NCBI GenBank assembly: GCA_963737065.1
Contig: CAVTRC010000001.1
Location: 1,408,001 to 1,472,000 of the forward strand
Length of the DNA: 64,000 nucleotides
Origin: Candidatus Eremiobacteria bacterium
GTDB lineage: Bacteria; Vulcanimicrobiota; Vulcanimicrobiia; Vulcanimicrobiales; Vulcanimicrobiaceae
Direction of reading: 5' to 3'
Both the position numbers and the translations under genes were made by a program. Below, one piece after another: positions 33,779 through 43,380 of the stretch; position 1 is the first letter of the stretch; every line of letters begins with the position of its first letter. Below the pieces are notes generated by a model, which did no database searches, was not told the origin of the DNA, and worked only from the letters and a program-made list of their open reading frames with translations.

Positions 33779-34479
33779 GTCGTACGCGAACGCTCGAGCA
33801 AATCAATCGAAGCATCGTTGGATGCACGCGCTGCCCGCAGTTGCGCGCGTACTGCGCCGACGTGGCGCGCACGAAAAAGCGCGCGCACGCCGACGACGAG
33901 TACTGGGGCAAACCGGTGCCCGCATTCGGAAACGATAGCGCGCGCGTGATGATCGTCGGGCTTGCGCCCGGTGCACACGGCAGCAATCGTACGGGGCGTC
34001 CGTTCACGGGCGACGCGTCGGGCGATTTTCTGTACCCGGCGCTGCACCGTGCCGGTTTTGCATCGCACTCGCACGCTCGGCATCGCGATGATGGGCTCGT
34101 GCTGCACGACTGCATGATTACTGCGGCCGGACGTTGCGCACCGCCGAAGAACAAGCCGACGCCGGAAGAACTGCGCAACTGTTTTCCATATTTGCTCGAA
34201 GAGTTCGACGCGTTGACGGATCTGCGCGTGATGATCGGTCTGGGCTCGATCGGCTTCGATGCGATCCTCAAAGTGCTGCGCGAACGAAGGTTCGTGCTCG
34301 ACCCCGAGCGCCCGAGGTTCGCGCACGGCGCTGAAGTACGGGCGGAAAACGGAACCCGCCGCATCGTCGCGTTAGCGTCATATCACCCGAGTCGCCAAAA
34401 CACGAACACCGGCGTGCTCACCGCGCCGATGTTCGATGCGGTTTTCGCTAGGGCGAGGGAGATGCTGACGACGGCGTGA
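33775..34479 (+). CDS. uracil-DNA glycosylase family 5 (UdgB-like)
   Basis: CxxC, GLAPGAHGSNRTGRPFTGD, YHPSRQN. Confidence 0.9.
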   Translation: MSRTRTLEQINRSIVGCTRCPQLRAYCADVARTKKRAHADDEYWGKPVPAFGNDSARVMIVGLAPGAHGSNRTGRPFTGDASGDFLYPALHRAGFASHSHARHRDDGLVLHDCMITAAGRCAPPKNKPTPEELRNCFPYLLEEFDALTDLRVMIGLGSIGFDAILKVLRERRFVLDPERPRFAHGAEVRAENGTRRIVALASYHPSRQNTNTGVLTAPMFDAVFARAREMLTTA

Positions 34480-34825
34480 CGGGCCGGCCGCACATGTCCG
34501 TTACTTGCGTGAGCCCTAACTTATATTGACGCGTTTGCGTGCGCGGATCCGGACGCGGATCACCGAACATCGAACGTGCCGCTTGATACGCTTTCGCGCG
34601 CGACTCGTCATCCGGCCCGCTCAGAATGAGTATCTGGGCAGGCGTTGCGTCGGCGTTTGCTTGGACGAAGACGTCTGCGCCGTCAATGCTCAAGCGCCGC
34701 TCCTCGCAGGAACGCAACGGAAGCGGTGTGCCGCTCGGTGACGGAGACGACGATTGCGCCGACGTCGAGTGTCCGCATGCGCACAGCGCGAGCAGCGCTA
34801 CTGAAACGAGAGCGTTCGTCCGCAC
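34448..34825 (-). CDS. hypothetical lipoprotein
   Basis: Lipobox LCAC, Ser/Pro linker, SC...DMCGR. Confidence 0.7.
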   Translation of the reverse strand: MRTNALVSVALLALCACGHSTSAQSSSPSPSGTPLPLRSCEERRLSIDGADVFVQANADATPAQILILSGPDDESRAKAYQAARSMFGDPRPDPRTQTRQYKLGLTQVTDMCGRPVTPSSASPSP

Positions 34826-35169
34826 GAGTCGACTGCCTTATCGGGAATCATCATCCCGCTCGAACCCGGTTTGAACGAAACGATATGCATCGGCGGCGCG
34901 TTGACCCCGGCGGGTCCGTAGCGCTGCTCCAAGCTGGTGCGCAGATCGTTAGCCTCTTCGATGTTCTCTTGCGAATCGACGGTCAAATACCGCTGAACGG
35001 TGCCGTTCTTCGCGAAGAGAATCTTGATGGCAATGCCTTTGTCGTTCCTGACCAGCTGCTGTCCGCACGATGGTCCCGGCGTGACCGCGAGCGACGGACG
35101 CACACATGCGAATGTCCCCGCCAGTGCCAAGGACACGACAAAGAAACCGGTGACGAGTCGAACTCTCAC
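34798..35169 (-). CDS. hypothetical exported protein
   Basis: Signal peptide; SC...DSCGR; directly downstream of aspS. Confidence 0.7.
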   Translation of the reverse strand: MRVRLVTGFFVVSLALAGTFACVRPSLAVTPGPSCGQQLVRNDKGIAIKILFAKNGTVQRYLTVDSQENIEEANDLRTSLEQRYGPAGVNAPPMHIVSFKPGSSGMMIPDKAVDSCGRTLSFQ

Positions 35170-35176
35170 GCTCGTA

Positions 35177-36955
35177 TTATCGGCCGGTCGCCTGCTGCTG
35201 GTCTGCCGGAGGCGTGCTCTTCAGGTAAAGATCTCGCAAGAGCGCTTCGGGCACGTCTGAAGGCGCGTCCATCATGACGTCGCGCGCGGACTGGTTCTTC
35301 GGAAACGCGATGACGTCGCGCAGATGGTTCTCGCCCGCAGCGAGCATCACGATACGGTCGATGCCGAGCGCCATGCCGCCGTGCGGCGGCGCGCCGTACT
35401 CGAGTGCTTTGACGAAGAAGCCGAACTGATCCTCGATCTGCTGCGCAGTCATGCCGAGCATCTCGAAAATCGCTCGCTGCTCCTCCGGCTTGTGAATGCG
35501 GATGGATCCCGAACCAAGCTCGTAGCCGTTGAGGACCATGTCGTAGTGCTGCGCCCGCATCTTGAGCGGATCGGTGCGCAGATACTGCCACTGTCCCTCG
35601 CCGGGTGAGGTGAACGGGTGGTGCGCCGGATACGGTTTGCCCGTCTCGTCGTCCACTTCCAAGTACGGAAAATCCAGCACCCAACAGAACGCGAACTGCT
35701 TCGGATCGCGCAAACCGCAACGGTCTCCAACGACGTTGCGCATCCTCCCCGCAACGGAGAGCGCAAGTGCTCGCGCGTCGGCAAAAAGCAGAATCGCATC
35801 GCCGGTTTCACTTTGCGTTGCAGCGCGAAGCTTCGCAAGGTGTTCATCGGTGAGAAACTTCTGCGCGGGCGATTTGACACCGTCGCTGCCGAGTGCAATC
35901 CATACCATACCCTTTGCACCGGCGGTTTTCGCCTCTTCCGTGAGCGCATCGAAATCGCGCCGTGAAAGCACCGCCCCGCCGGGATAACGCAACGCAACGA
36001 TCGCACCGTCCGCGTCGATGACCGACTTAAAGACGCCGAAATCGGTTGCCGCAAAGATGTCGTTGACGTGCGCCAGTTCGAGACCGAACCGTAAATCCGG
36101 CTTGTCGACGCCGTAGCAGTTCATCGCTTCGTCATAGGTCAAGCGTGGAAACGGCGCAAGGTCGACGTCCAGCACATCGCTCCAAACTCGACGCATGCAG
36201 GACTCCATCGTCTCGATCACTTCTTCTTGCGTGATGAACGACATCTCCACGTCGAGCTGCGTAAACTCTGGTTGGCGGTCCGCGCGCTGATCTTCGTCTC
36301 GCATGCAGCGCGCGATCTGCATGTACTTCCCGAAACCGGCGATCATGCAAATTTGTTTTAGCAGCTGCGGTGATTGCGGAAGCGCGTAGAAGTCGCCGGG
36401 ATAGAGCCGAGACGGCACGAGATAATCGCGCGCGCCTTCCGGCGTACTCTTGATCAGCATGGGCGTTTCGATTTCGACAAAGCCGCGCTCGTCGAAAAAA
36501 TCGCGCATCGTCTTTACGATCCGGTGGCGCAATACGATGTTATTCTGCATCCGCGGACGGCGCAGATCGAGATACCGGTACTCTAGACGCAAGTCGACGT
36601 CGACGTCGCCATCGACGTTCACTTGGAACGGCGGGACTTGCGAGCGATTGAGAACGTCCAGCGAGTCGACACCCACTTCAACATCGCCGGTCGCAAGCGC
36701 CGCGTTTTCGGTTCCCGCGGGACGCTTGCGGACGGTTCCTATGACGCGAAGCACGTCTTCACTGCGCAAGTGTTCGGCCTCTTTGAAACTCGGATGCTGC
36801 GGATCGAAGACGACTTGGGTGAGTCCCTCGCGATCGCGTAGATCGACGAAAATCAAGCCGCCGTGGTCGCGGCGCCGATTGACCCAACCGTTCAGCTCAA
36901 CGGTTGCGCCCGCATCGCTCGCGCGCAGGGCGCCACATGAAAATCGGGTACTCAC
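35177..36955 (-). CDS. aspS: aspartate--tRNA ligase
   Basis: RRDHGGLIF, TPEGARDY, ALPQSPQ, DRQPEFTQ, GAPPHGG. Confidence 0.98.
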   Translation of the reverse strand: MSTRFSCGALRASDAGATVELNGWVNRRRDHGGLIFVDLRDREGLTQVVFDPQHPSFKEAEHLRSEDVLRVIGTVRKRPAGTENAALATGDVEVGVDSLDVLNRSQVPPFQVNVDGDVDVDLRLEYRYLDLRRPRMQNNIVLRHRIVKTMRDFFDERGFVEIETPMLIKSTPEGARDYLVPSRLYPGDFYALPQSPQLLKQICMIAGFGKYMQIARCMRDEDQRADRQPEFTQLDVEMSFITQEEVIETMESCMRRVWSDVLDVDLAPFPRLTYDEAMNCYGVDKPDLRFGLELAHVNDIFAATDFGVFKSVIDADGAIVALRYPGGAVLSRRDFDALTEEAKTAGAKGMVWIALGSDGVKSPAQKFLTDEHLAKLRAATQSETGDAILLFADARALALSVAGRMRNVVGDRCGLRDPKQFAFCWVLDFPYLEVDDETGKPYPAHHPFTSPGEGQWQYLRTDPLKMRAQHYDMVLNGYELGSGSIRIHKPEEQRAIFEMLGMTAQQIEDQFGFFVKALEYGAPPHGGMALGIDRIVMLAAGENHLRDVIAFPKNQSARDVMMDAPSDVPEALLRDLYLKSTPPADQQQATGR

Positions 36956-37866
36956 GTCGGCTCCTTCAGGGCAGCTTTGATTCCGGAAACGTAATAGTAT
37001 TGTTGCACGAGGTCGCGGGCAAACTTCGACTTCTCCGCGTGCGCGTCAAAAAATCCGAGCACGACCGGCATGTTTGTAAGCATCGCATGCAATCCGAGCG
37101 AGACCGGCGTCATGCCGAGATTCAACCGCACGCCAAAATCAGGATGCTTGCGATAAAACCGCACGGTCGAGCGTCCCGCGAGTTTCATTTTCTCTTTTTG
37201 ATCGTCGTGCGGGACGTCCTGGCAGTGATAGTTAACCGCATCCGGTTCGTAGCGAATCGTGATTCCCGCGCGTTGCAACCGATAGCCGAGTTCCAAGTCT
37301 TCATGACCGTACCCGGTGAAGTCTTCATCGAACTTTCCGACGCGCAGCAGATCATCGCGCCGCGCCGATGCGTTGCCCGTGAGGAAATACAGCCAGGGCA
37401 GCGTTTTTCGCGTTGGCTTATGCAAAGAACCACGCGCTTGCGGATGGTCGCGTTTGTACGCGTAGTCGTCGAGATCTTTCACTTGAACTTCCAGTCCGAC
37501 GACCGCAATGCCGGTTCGCTCGCGATGGTGGCGCAAATGTTGCGAAAGCAGATCGGGCGATGCGAGAATATCGGAATCGTTGAAAAGTACGACGTCGCCC
37601 TGTGCCGCATCGATTCCGGCGTTGCGCGCCATTGCGCGACCGGTATACGGGCCCGGCAAATGCCGGATATTGCGATGCTCGGCATGCACGCCGGCGAGAT
37701 ATTCCGCCGTCCCGTCCGTCGAATTGGAATCGCACACGAGCACTTCGAACGCACTCGCCGGCAAATTTTGCGCGAGCAGCGTCGGAATCACGTGAGCGAG
37801 CGTGTCCAACCGGTTATAGGTCGGAACGACGACGGAAATGTTAGGAGCCTGGCGGAGCATGGTCAT
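36952..37866 (-). CDS. glycosyltransferase family 2
   Basis: SVVVPTYNR, ARNAG, FNDSD, YGHEDLELG. Confidence 0.9.
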   Translation of the reverse strand: MTMLRQAPNISVVVPTYNRLDTLAHVIPTLLAQNLPASAFEVLVCDSNSTDGTAEYLAGVHAEHRNIRHLPGPYTGRAMARNAGIDAAQGDVVLFNDSDILASPDLLSQHLRHHRERTGIAVVGLEVQVKDLDDYAYKRDHPQARGSLHKPTRKTLPWLYFLTGNASARRDDLLRVGKFDEDFTGYGHEDLELGYRLQRAGITIRYEPDAVNYHCQDVPHDDQKEKMKLAGRSTVRFYRKHPDFGVRLNLGMTPVSLGLHAMLTNMPVVLGFFDAHAEKSKFARDLVQQYYYVSGIKAALKEPT

Positions 37867-38836
37867 TGAGCAATCGTTCGACGCCGTGGACGATTCGTGC
37901 GCGGAAGTGCGCAAGAGATGCCTCGTCGGCGAATTCCGGTTTGCGAACCAGCACGCTGGGCACACGGTACGGCGCCCACTCTTGCGAATTCAATCGGAAG
38001 AAGCGATGTTCGAAAGCGACTAACGTGGGCCTGCGCATGGCACTTGCGACATGAGTCGCACCGGTGTCGACGGTAACGATGCAACGGGCGCGTTCGAAAA
38101 GCGCCGCCCAGGTGTAGAACGGAAGGCTGTGCGCGACCGTAAACCCGCGCGTCTCGAACATTCGTGCGTACGGCTCCGATTCTTCGGGGCACGAAACGAC
38201 GAGCGCGTGATACCGCTCGCGCAGTTCTTCCGCAAGCGCTAGCGTGCTGGCTGCCGTGCTCCCGCTTACGAACCAGCGCATACCGAGGTGCAAGACGATC
38301 GGGCTTTCCGGAAGATGCGCGAGCGCCGCGCGGTCGCTCTCGTGCACATCCAACCGTAAGCGTTCGCGACGATCGTTCGCGCCCGCAAGGGAGACCAGCT
38401 TCAAGAGCTGATCGACTTCGTGCGGGACGACAAGCGACGGTTGCCGCTCGCACAGCTCCGGATCCGCAACGCTGATCATCACGCGGTTGAGATACAACGG
38501 CGCGGTGAGGCGCGCGAACCAACGACGCTGATACGTGTACCCCGCCCGGATTGCGGCGCGCGTCGCTCCGACGAGCTGCAAATCGATGCTGCGCGGCGCA
38601 AGCGCAATTGCAACGTCGAAACCATGAAACGACGCACCGAAGACGCTCGATTTTACTTCCCGAGGCAAATCAACCAGCTCGTCGATATCGCTGTTCCGTT
38701 CCATGACCACGCGGTTGTATGGACTGGTCACCATCGTGATACGCGCGTCGGGAAACGATGCTCGCACGGTGGCGATCGCGGGCGTCGAGAGAATGAGGTC
38801 GCCGATGCGATCGGTTCTCGAAAGGAGAATGTTCAA
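37841..38836 (-). CDS. glycosyltransferase family 9 (heptosyltransferase-like)
   Basis: RTDRIGDL, FPDA, VDTGATHVASA. Confidence 0.9.
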   Translation of the reverse strand: MNILLSRTDRIGDLILSTPAIATVRASFPDARITMVTSPYNRVVMERNSDIDELVDLPREVKSSVFGASFHGFDVAIALAPRSIDLQLVGATRAAIRAGYTYQRRWFARLTAPLYLNRVMISVADPELCERQPSLVVPHEVDQLLKLVSLAGANDRRERLRLDVHESDRAALAHLPESPIVLHLGMRWFVSGSTAASTLALAEELRERYHALVVSCPEESEPYARMFETRGFTVAHSLPFYTWAALFERARCIVTVDTGATHVASAMRRPTLVAFEHRFFRLNSQEWAPYRVPSVLVRKPEFADEASLAHFRARIVHGVERLLNDHAPPGS

Positions 38837-39729
38837 CGGCGCAGCGCGTCTTCCAATTCTTCATAGTACGCGTTGCGTGCGAGCCGGTTTGCTGCTCGCA
38901 ATTCGCGGTTGTCCAGCGGGCGGTCGGCCGAAGAATCGCCGGCCTCAACATGAAATCCGCGCGCTTTTTCGATGCCGCGGATCCACTTGTTCACCCCGCG
39001 CTGAACGGGATTGTTGCCCGTTGCCAGATACGTCCGCCAGTGCGGGTGGAGTTTCGCAAGGTGCACGGCCGTACGCGCTTGCGCGCGCGCCTGGCGCACC
39101 ATTTTTACGACGTCGCCGCTACGCCGGCGAGGTTTCCAATGATAGACGAGCGCCTTCGGATTGAACACGGCCTTTACGCCGCCAAAGCGCAGGCGCAATC
39201 CGACGTCGATGTCTTCCCAGCCGTACTCCGAAAAGGATTCATTGAATCCGCCGATCGCGCGAATCGTCACGAGCGGAACCGAAACGTTCGTCGTCCAGAA
39301 GTAGTTGCCGCTGTAGTTCCGCAGTTTCCAAACCGGCGGAGGCAGCTCGTCGAAACTCTCGACGTTGATCGCCCCGCCGCGCACGATCGCTTTCGGATGC
39401 GCGTGATGCGAGCGGAGATGTTCTTCGACGAAATTCGGTAGCGGCAAAACGTCGTCGTCGATAAAGATGATCCGCTCGCCGCTCGCGCGCGCGATTCCGG
39501 CGTTTCGGCCCTTCGCGAGCCCCGAGTTCTGCTGATTGATGACGACGAATTCGCACGATGCACGCGTTTGCGCACGCGCGATCACGTCGGCAGTGGAATC
39601 GCTCGACCCATCATTGACGAGCACTACTTCGTACGAATCTGCAGGAACGGTCTGCTCGAAACACGCGTCGAGCACGCGTTCCAACAACTGGGCTCGGTTA
39701 TACGTACAGAGCTGAATCGTCGCGCGCAT
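38833..39729 (-). CDS. glycosyltransferase family 2
   Basis: CTYNR, NDGS, RNAG, FIDDD, YGWEDIDVG. Confidence 0.9.
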   Translation of the reverse strand: MRATIQLCTYNRAQLLERVLDACFEQTVPADSYEVVLVNDGSSDSTADVIARAQTRASCEFVVINQQNSGLAKGRNAGIARASGERIIFIDDDVLPLPNFVEEHLRSHHAHPKAIVRGGAINVESFDELPPPVWKLRNYSGNYFWTTNVSVPLVTIRAIGGFNESFSEYGWEDIDVGLRLRFGGVKAVFNPKALVYHWKPRRRSGDVVKMVRQARAQARTAVHLAKLHPHWRTYLATGNNPVQRGVNKWIRGIEKARGFHVEAGDSSADRPLDNRELRAANRLARNAYYEELEDALRR

Positions 39730-39752
39730 GGTGGTGGCGGCTTCGACCGGCC

Positions 39753-40772
39753 TTATGCGATCAACTCCTCGACGGCGGCAGCGATGCGCGCCACATCGAG
39801 ATGCGCGATGCACGCATAGTCGCGGCAATGCTCCTTCGTATCGCCGGGATGGCAGCGAAACGTCGGACGCACCGTCGCCGTGCGCGGGCCAAGCGGCGCC
39901 CAGCGATCCGGGAAATCCGACTGAAACGGAAAGATGCCGACCGTCGGCGCACCAACGGCTGCGGCGACGTGCATCGCACCCGTCGTAATCCCGACAAACG
40001 CGCGCGCGTGCTGCGCGAGCGCCCCGAACGCACCAATCCCAAGCCGCCCTGCGATGTTTAGCAGCGATCCCTCGACGGGCGCCGCGTTCGACGCGCGGAT
40101 CGCCTCATTGATCCTCAGATCCGCGTTCGAACCGCTCAGTAAAATAGGCACGCGGAACATTCGTTGCAGCGCGCGTGAGAGCGCTGCCCAGCCTTCGGCG
40201 GGCCAGATACCGCGCTTCGTTGCAATCGCATTCGTCGGATGCAAGATGATGTACGTGTCCTTCAGCAGGGTCAGCGAGACACGGAGTTCGTCGGCGTGCG
40301 CGATATCGTTCGCCGTAGGAACGAATCGTGGCCGTATATCATCGGTGTCGCAACCGATGGCTCGCGCGTAGTCGAGGAGAATATCCGCCCATGGACTCGT
40401 AACATCGCCGCGTTCGCTTCGGACCACGACGCGTTTCGTGAAGCGGCCGGAATACAAGCGCCGCGCTTGACCCACGCGTATCGGAATCCGCGCGAGCTTC
40501 GCGACGCGCGCGGTACGCGGCGTCGCCCACGTTATGACGCACGCGTCGTATCCGCGCTCGTGCAGCAGGTGCGCGAGGGCCGTCTCATCGCCTCCCTCAT
40601 CGATAAGGACGTCGTTGACATCGGGCACACGTTCCAGCGTACTGCGATGTGCCGGCAACGTTAGGGCGTCGACGCGCGCGTAGCGTGAATGCAGTGCGCG
40701 TGCGACAACGCTTGCAACGAGCGAATCGCCGATCCCGCCACCCGCGCAGTACAGCAGCGCGCGATCGGTCAC
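39753..40772 (-). CDS. glycosyltransferase family 9 (heptosyltransferase-like)
   Basis: GTG start at 40772; GGIGDS, TTGAMHVAAAVG, RWAP. Confidence 0.88.
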   Translation of the reverse strand: MTDRALLYCAGGGIGDSLVASVVARALHSRYARVDALTLPAHRSTLERVPDVNDVLIDEGGDETALAHLLHERGYDACVITWATPRTARVAKLARIPIRVGQARRLYSGRFTKRVVVRSERGDVTSPWADILLDYARAIGCDTDDIRPRFVPTANDIAHADELRVSLTLLKDTYIILHPTNAIATKRGIWPAEGWAALSRALQRMFRVPILLSGSNADLRINEAIRASNAAPVEGSLLNIAGRLGIGAFGALAQHARAFVGITTGAMHVAAAVGAPTVGIFPFQSDFPDRWAPLGPRTATVRPTFRCHPGDTKEHCRDYACIAHLDVARIAAAVEELIA

Positions 40773-41642
40773 GCGTTGAGCGTCCGCGCCAACTCGCGCA
40801 TGATACATCCCGTCCAAAAACCTGGCTCGAGCAAGTGCGCGAACGACGCGAGGCGCGTTCTCGCTCGTCGCGATTCCGGCATAAATCGCAAGCAGCGGAT
40901 CGGGGAAGAGCCATCTCGCGCGAATCAGATTCATGCGGTGCGCACCGGTCGCCATGCGAACACGGCGCGACGGCTGCTTGTCGAGGAACTTGCGCGCCAT
41001 GCGCGCTTTCTCCATCGCCTTGCGCGTTTCGACTTCAAGCGTGTTTTCATCGGGCGGCTTGATGTGCCAGATGTAGGCATCCCACGCAAACTTCCAACGC
41101 ATTCCCGCTTCGCGCAGCCGGACGCCGAGTTCCGTGTCTTCCCATCCGTAGAGATGAAACGCTTCATCGAAGGCGCCGACCGCAACAAGCGAATGTTTGG
41201 GAATCGACACGTTGCACGTGCACAGAAACGCACGCGAGTAATTCGCAAACGTAGGTGCCGGGCGCTCTTCATAAGATGGCACATTGAGGATCGGTCCGTT
41301 CACTACGAAGTTGCTCGTCGTATGCGCCGCGTCATGCGCGGCAAGATAGCCCGGCGGTGCTACGACGTCATCGTCGCAAAACAGTACGAGATAGCCGCTT
41401 GCGCGTTCGATTCCGCAATTGCGCGCCTTGCCCCGATTCGGCTCGCCTTCGTAGACGTACGCGACGGGATAGACGCCGCGCGCGGCTTGCCGTTCGACGA
41501 CGCTCTTCGTTTCGTCGGTGGAACCGTTGTCGACGACGATCACTTCAAATGGCGGTGCGCCCGTCTGTTCTTCGAACGACGCGAGCGCGTGCTCGAGATA
41601 CGAGGCGCGGTCCTTCGTGGCAATGACGATGGAGATCCGCAT
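40769..41642 (-). CDS. glycosyltransferase family 2 (+1 frameshift near its 3' end creates an apparent fusion to the GT9)
   Basis: MRISIVIATKDR, VDNGS, FCDDD, YGWEDTELG. Removing one base near 40802 gives ...YMRELARTLNA* with a GTGA overlap. Confidence 0.85.
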
Positions 41643-41646
41643 ACCC

Positions 41647-42864
41647 CTACGACCCGCCGAGCGCAAGAAGTGATTCGGCCATCCGGTCCGCCGCGCCGAC
41701 GTGGGACGCGTAAAGTTCGCCCAGTCGGGATCGACTGCGAGCAATCCATTGGGGGTCGTCGTACCGTTCGAGCGCTACGCGCGCGACGCGTCCCGGCGTC
41801 AGCGTACCGTGCAACTCCACGATGAGCATGTCGTCGGCGTCGATATTGGGCTGCGTGTGGAAGCCGAAGCGCTTCGATACTCGCACTGCAACTTCGCGTT
41901 TGAGCGGCGCTCCGATCAGCGGAATGCGATCGAGATACGTGAGCGGTCCGTTGAACGTGATTTTTTCGGGAGCGTTGAGCGGCGTAATGGCGATCGTCGG
42001 AACACCGAGCGCCGCGAGCTCAATGCACTTCGTTCCGGGCAACGTAACGGCAAGCCGGCAACGCGTCGCGGCTGAGAGCGCGTTGCGCAGAATCGGAAAG
42101 CGAACGCCGCCGTCAACGCTCGTGAGAAAAGCGCGTCCGCCCTCTTCGAATACGTGCCCGCGCTGGGCAAACACGCGCGGATCTCCTCCAGCCTCGACCG
42201 CGTTGCGCACATCGGCGAGCGGCGTGAACGGGGAGATACCGAACCCAATGCCCAAGCCGGGACGCTCGCGGGCGATGCGAAGTGCCATCGTAAAGAAGAA
42301 CGGAATCATGTGCTCGACTTCGTAGCGGCGCGAACCGGGCATGACGAGGATGCCGTCATCCGGTGCGCCGGCTTCGAGCGGTTGCTGCGCTTCGAGCAGC
42401 GCACCGTCGATCGCGAGGTTGCCCACAATGTCGATACGGTCGTCGGGCGTTTGCCACCCGCGCAACTGTTCCGCGTTCTTCGCGTCCGCCGCAAAAAAGC
42501 GCGCGAATTTTTCGCGATAGCGGTTCTTCGAAAACTTGTACGTCGTCGCAACACCGCCGAGGCGCCCGTGGACGCGCAGCGCGTGCATCAAATCACCGCC
42601 GAGATACTGGACGACGTCGACGCTTCGCGGCGCACGTTCGATCGGACGCCCAAGCGCGTAGCGTAGATAGGTCTTCGGATCGTACACATGCGCACTGGGA
42701 TAGAGCCGCTGCGCGAGACCGGCTTCATAGCCCGTCGCGTAATCGTCCGGTACGCAAAAGAGATACACGTCGAGGCCGGGATCGCGTTCGTAGAGGCGTC
42801 GCACCAGCGGACGAAACCATCCCGCAATCTCTCCCGGCCCGTTTGCCGTAAACGCGATCCGCAC
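41647..42864 (-). CDS. LpxB-like (lipid-A-disaccharide synthase-related) GT-B protein
   Basis: NGPGE, VGNL, MPGSR, PGTKCIELAALGVP; LPS gene context. Confidence 0.7.
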   Translation of the reverse strand: MRIAFTANGPGEIAGWFRPLVRRLYERDPGLDVYLFCVPDDYATGYEAGLAQRLYPSAHVYDPKTYLRYALGRPIERAPRSVDVVQYLGGDLMHALRVHGRLGGVATTYKFSKNRYREKFARFFAADAKNAEQLRGWQTPDDRIDIVGNLAIDGALLEAQQPLEAGAPDDGILVMPGSRRYEVEHMIPFFFTMALRIARERPGLGIGFGISPFTPLADVRNAVEAGGDPRVFAQRGHVFEEGGRAFLTSVDGGVRFPILRNALSAATRCRLAVTLPGTKCIELAALGVPTIAITPLNAPEKITFNGPLTYLDRIPLIGAPLKREVAVRVSKRFGFHTQPNIDADDMLIVELHGTLTPGRVARVALERYDDPQWIARSRSRLGELYASHVGAADRMAESLLALGGS

Positions 42865-42882
42865 CGAGTCGTCGCCGCAGTA

Positions 42883-43380
42883 CTACGACGCGTAACGAGC
42901 GATGATCTGCGCGATGACGTCGGTCGTGCTATGTCTCGCAAGATGAGGCGCTAAACGAATCTCGCCGCCGTGCTGCAGCACCACGGTGCGTTCGGGCAAC
43001 TCGTCTTCACGATACTGCGAACTTTTGACGTGGACGTCGGGACGGAGGCGCTCGAGCAGCACTTCGGGCGTGCGTTCGCCGAATTCGACGACGACGTCGA
43101 CGCTGCGCAGTCCCCGCAACACCGTCGCGCGATCTTCGAAGGGCACGAGTGGGCGGCGCTCGCCTTTGAGTGTGCGCACCGATGCATCGGAATTCAATCC
43201 GACGACGAGCGCATCGCCTTGCGCGCGTGCCCACGCAAGGTAGTTCACGTGTCCGGCATGGAGAACGTCGAAGCATCCATTGGTGAAGACGACGCGTTTG
43301 CCTTCGCGGCGCATCGCTTCACGCCAATGTGACGCCTCGTCAACGTCGAGCAGCCGGCCGAGGGACTTATCCGTGCTCAT
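42883..43380 (-). CDS. rfaE2: D-glycero-beta-D-manno-heptose 1-phosphate adenylyltransferase (RfaE domain II)
   Basis: FTNGCFDVLHAGH, GLNSDASV, STT. Confidence 0.92.
   Translation of the reverse strand: MSTDKSLGRLLDVDEASHWREAMRREGKRVVFTNGCFDVLHAGHVNYLAWARAQGDALVVGLNSDASVRTLKGERRPLVPFEDRATVLRGLRSVDVVVEFGERTPEVLLERLRPDVHVKSSQYREDELPERTVVLQHGGEIRLAPHLARHSTTDVIAQIIARYAS

Noticed and set aside
39753..41744. 663-aa GT2-GT9 fusion protein in the ORF track
   Set aside because: One extra base near 40802 explains it. Correction gives a normal GT2 ending (YMRELARTLNA*, like the paralogue's YYEELEDALRR*) with a GTGA overlap into the GT9.
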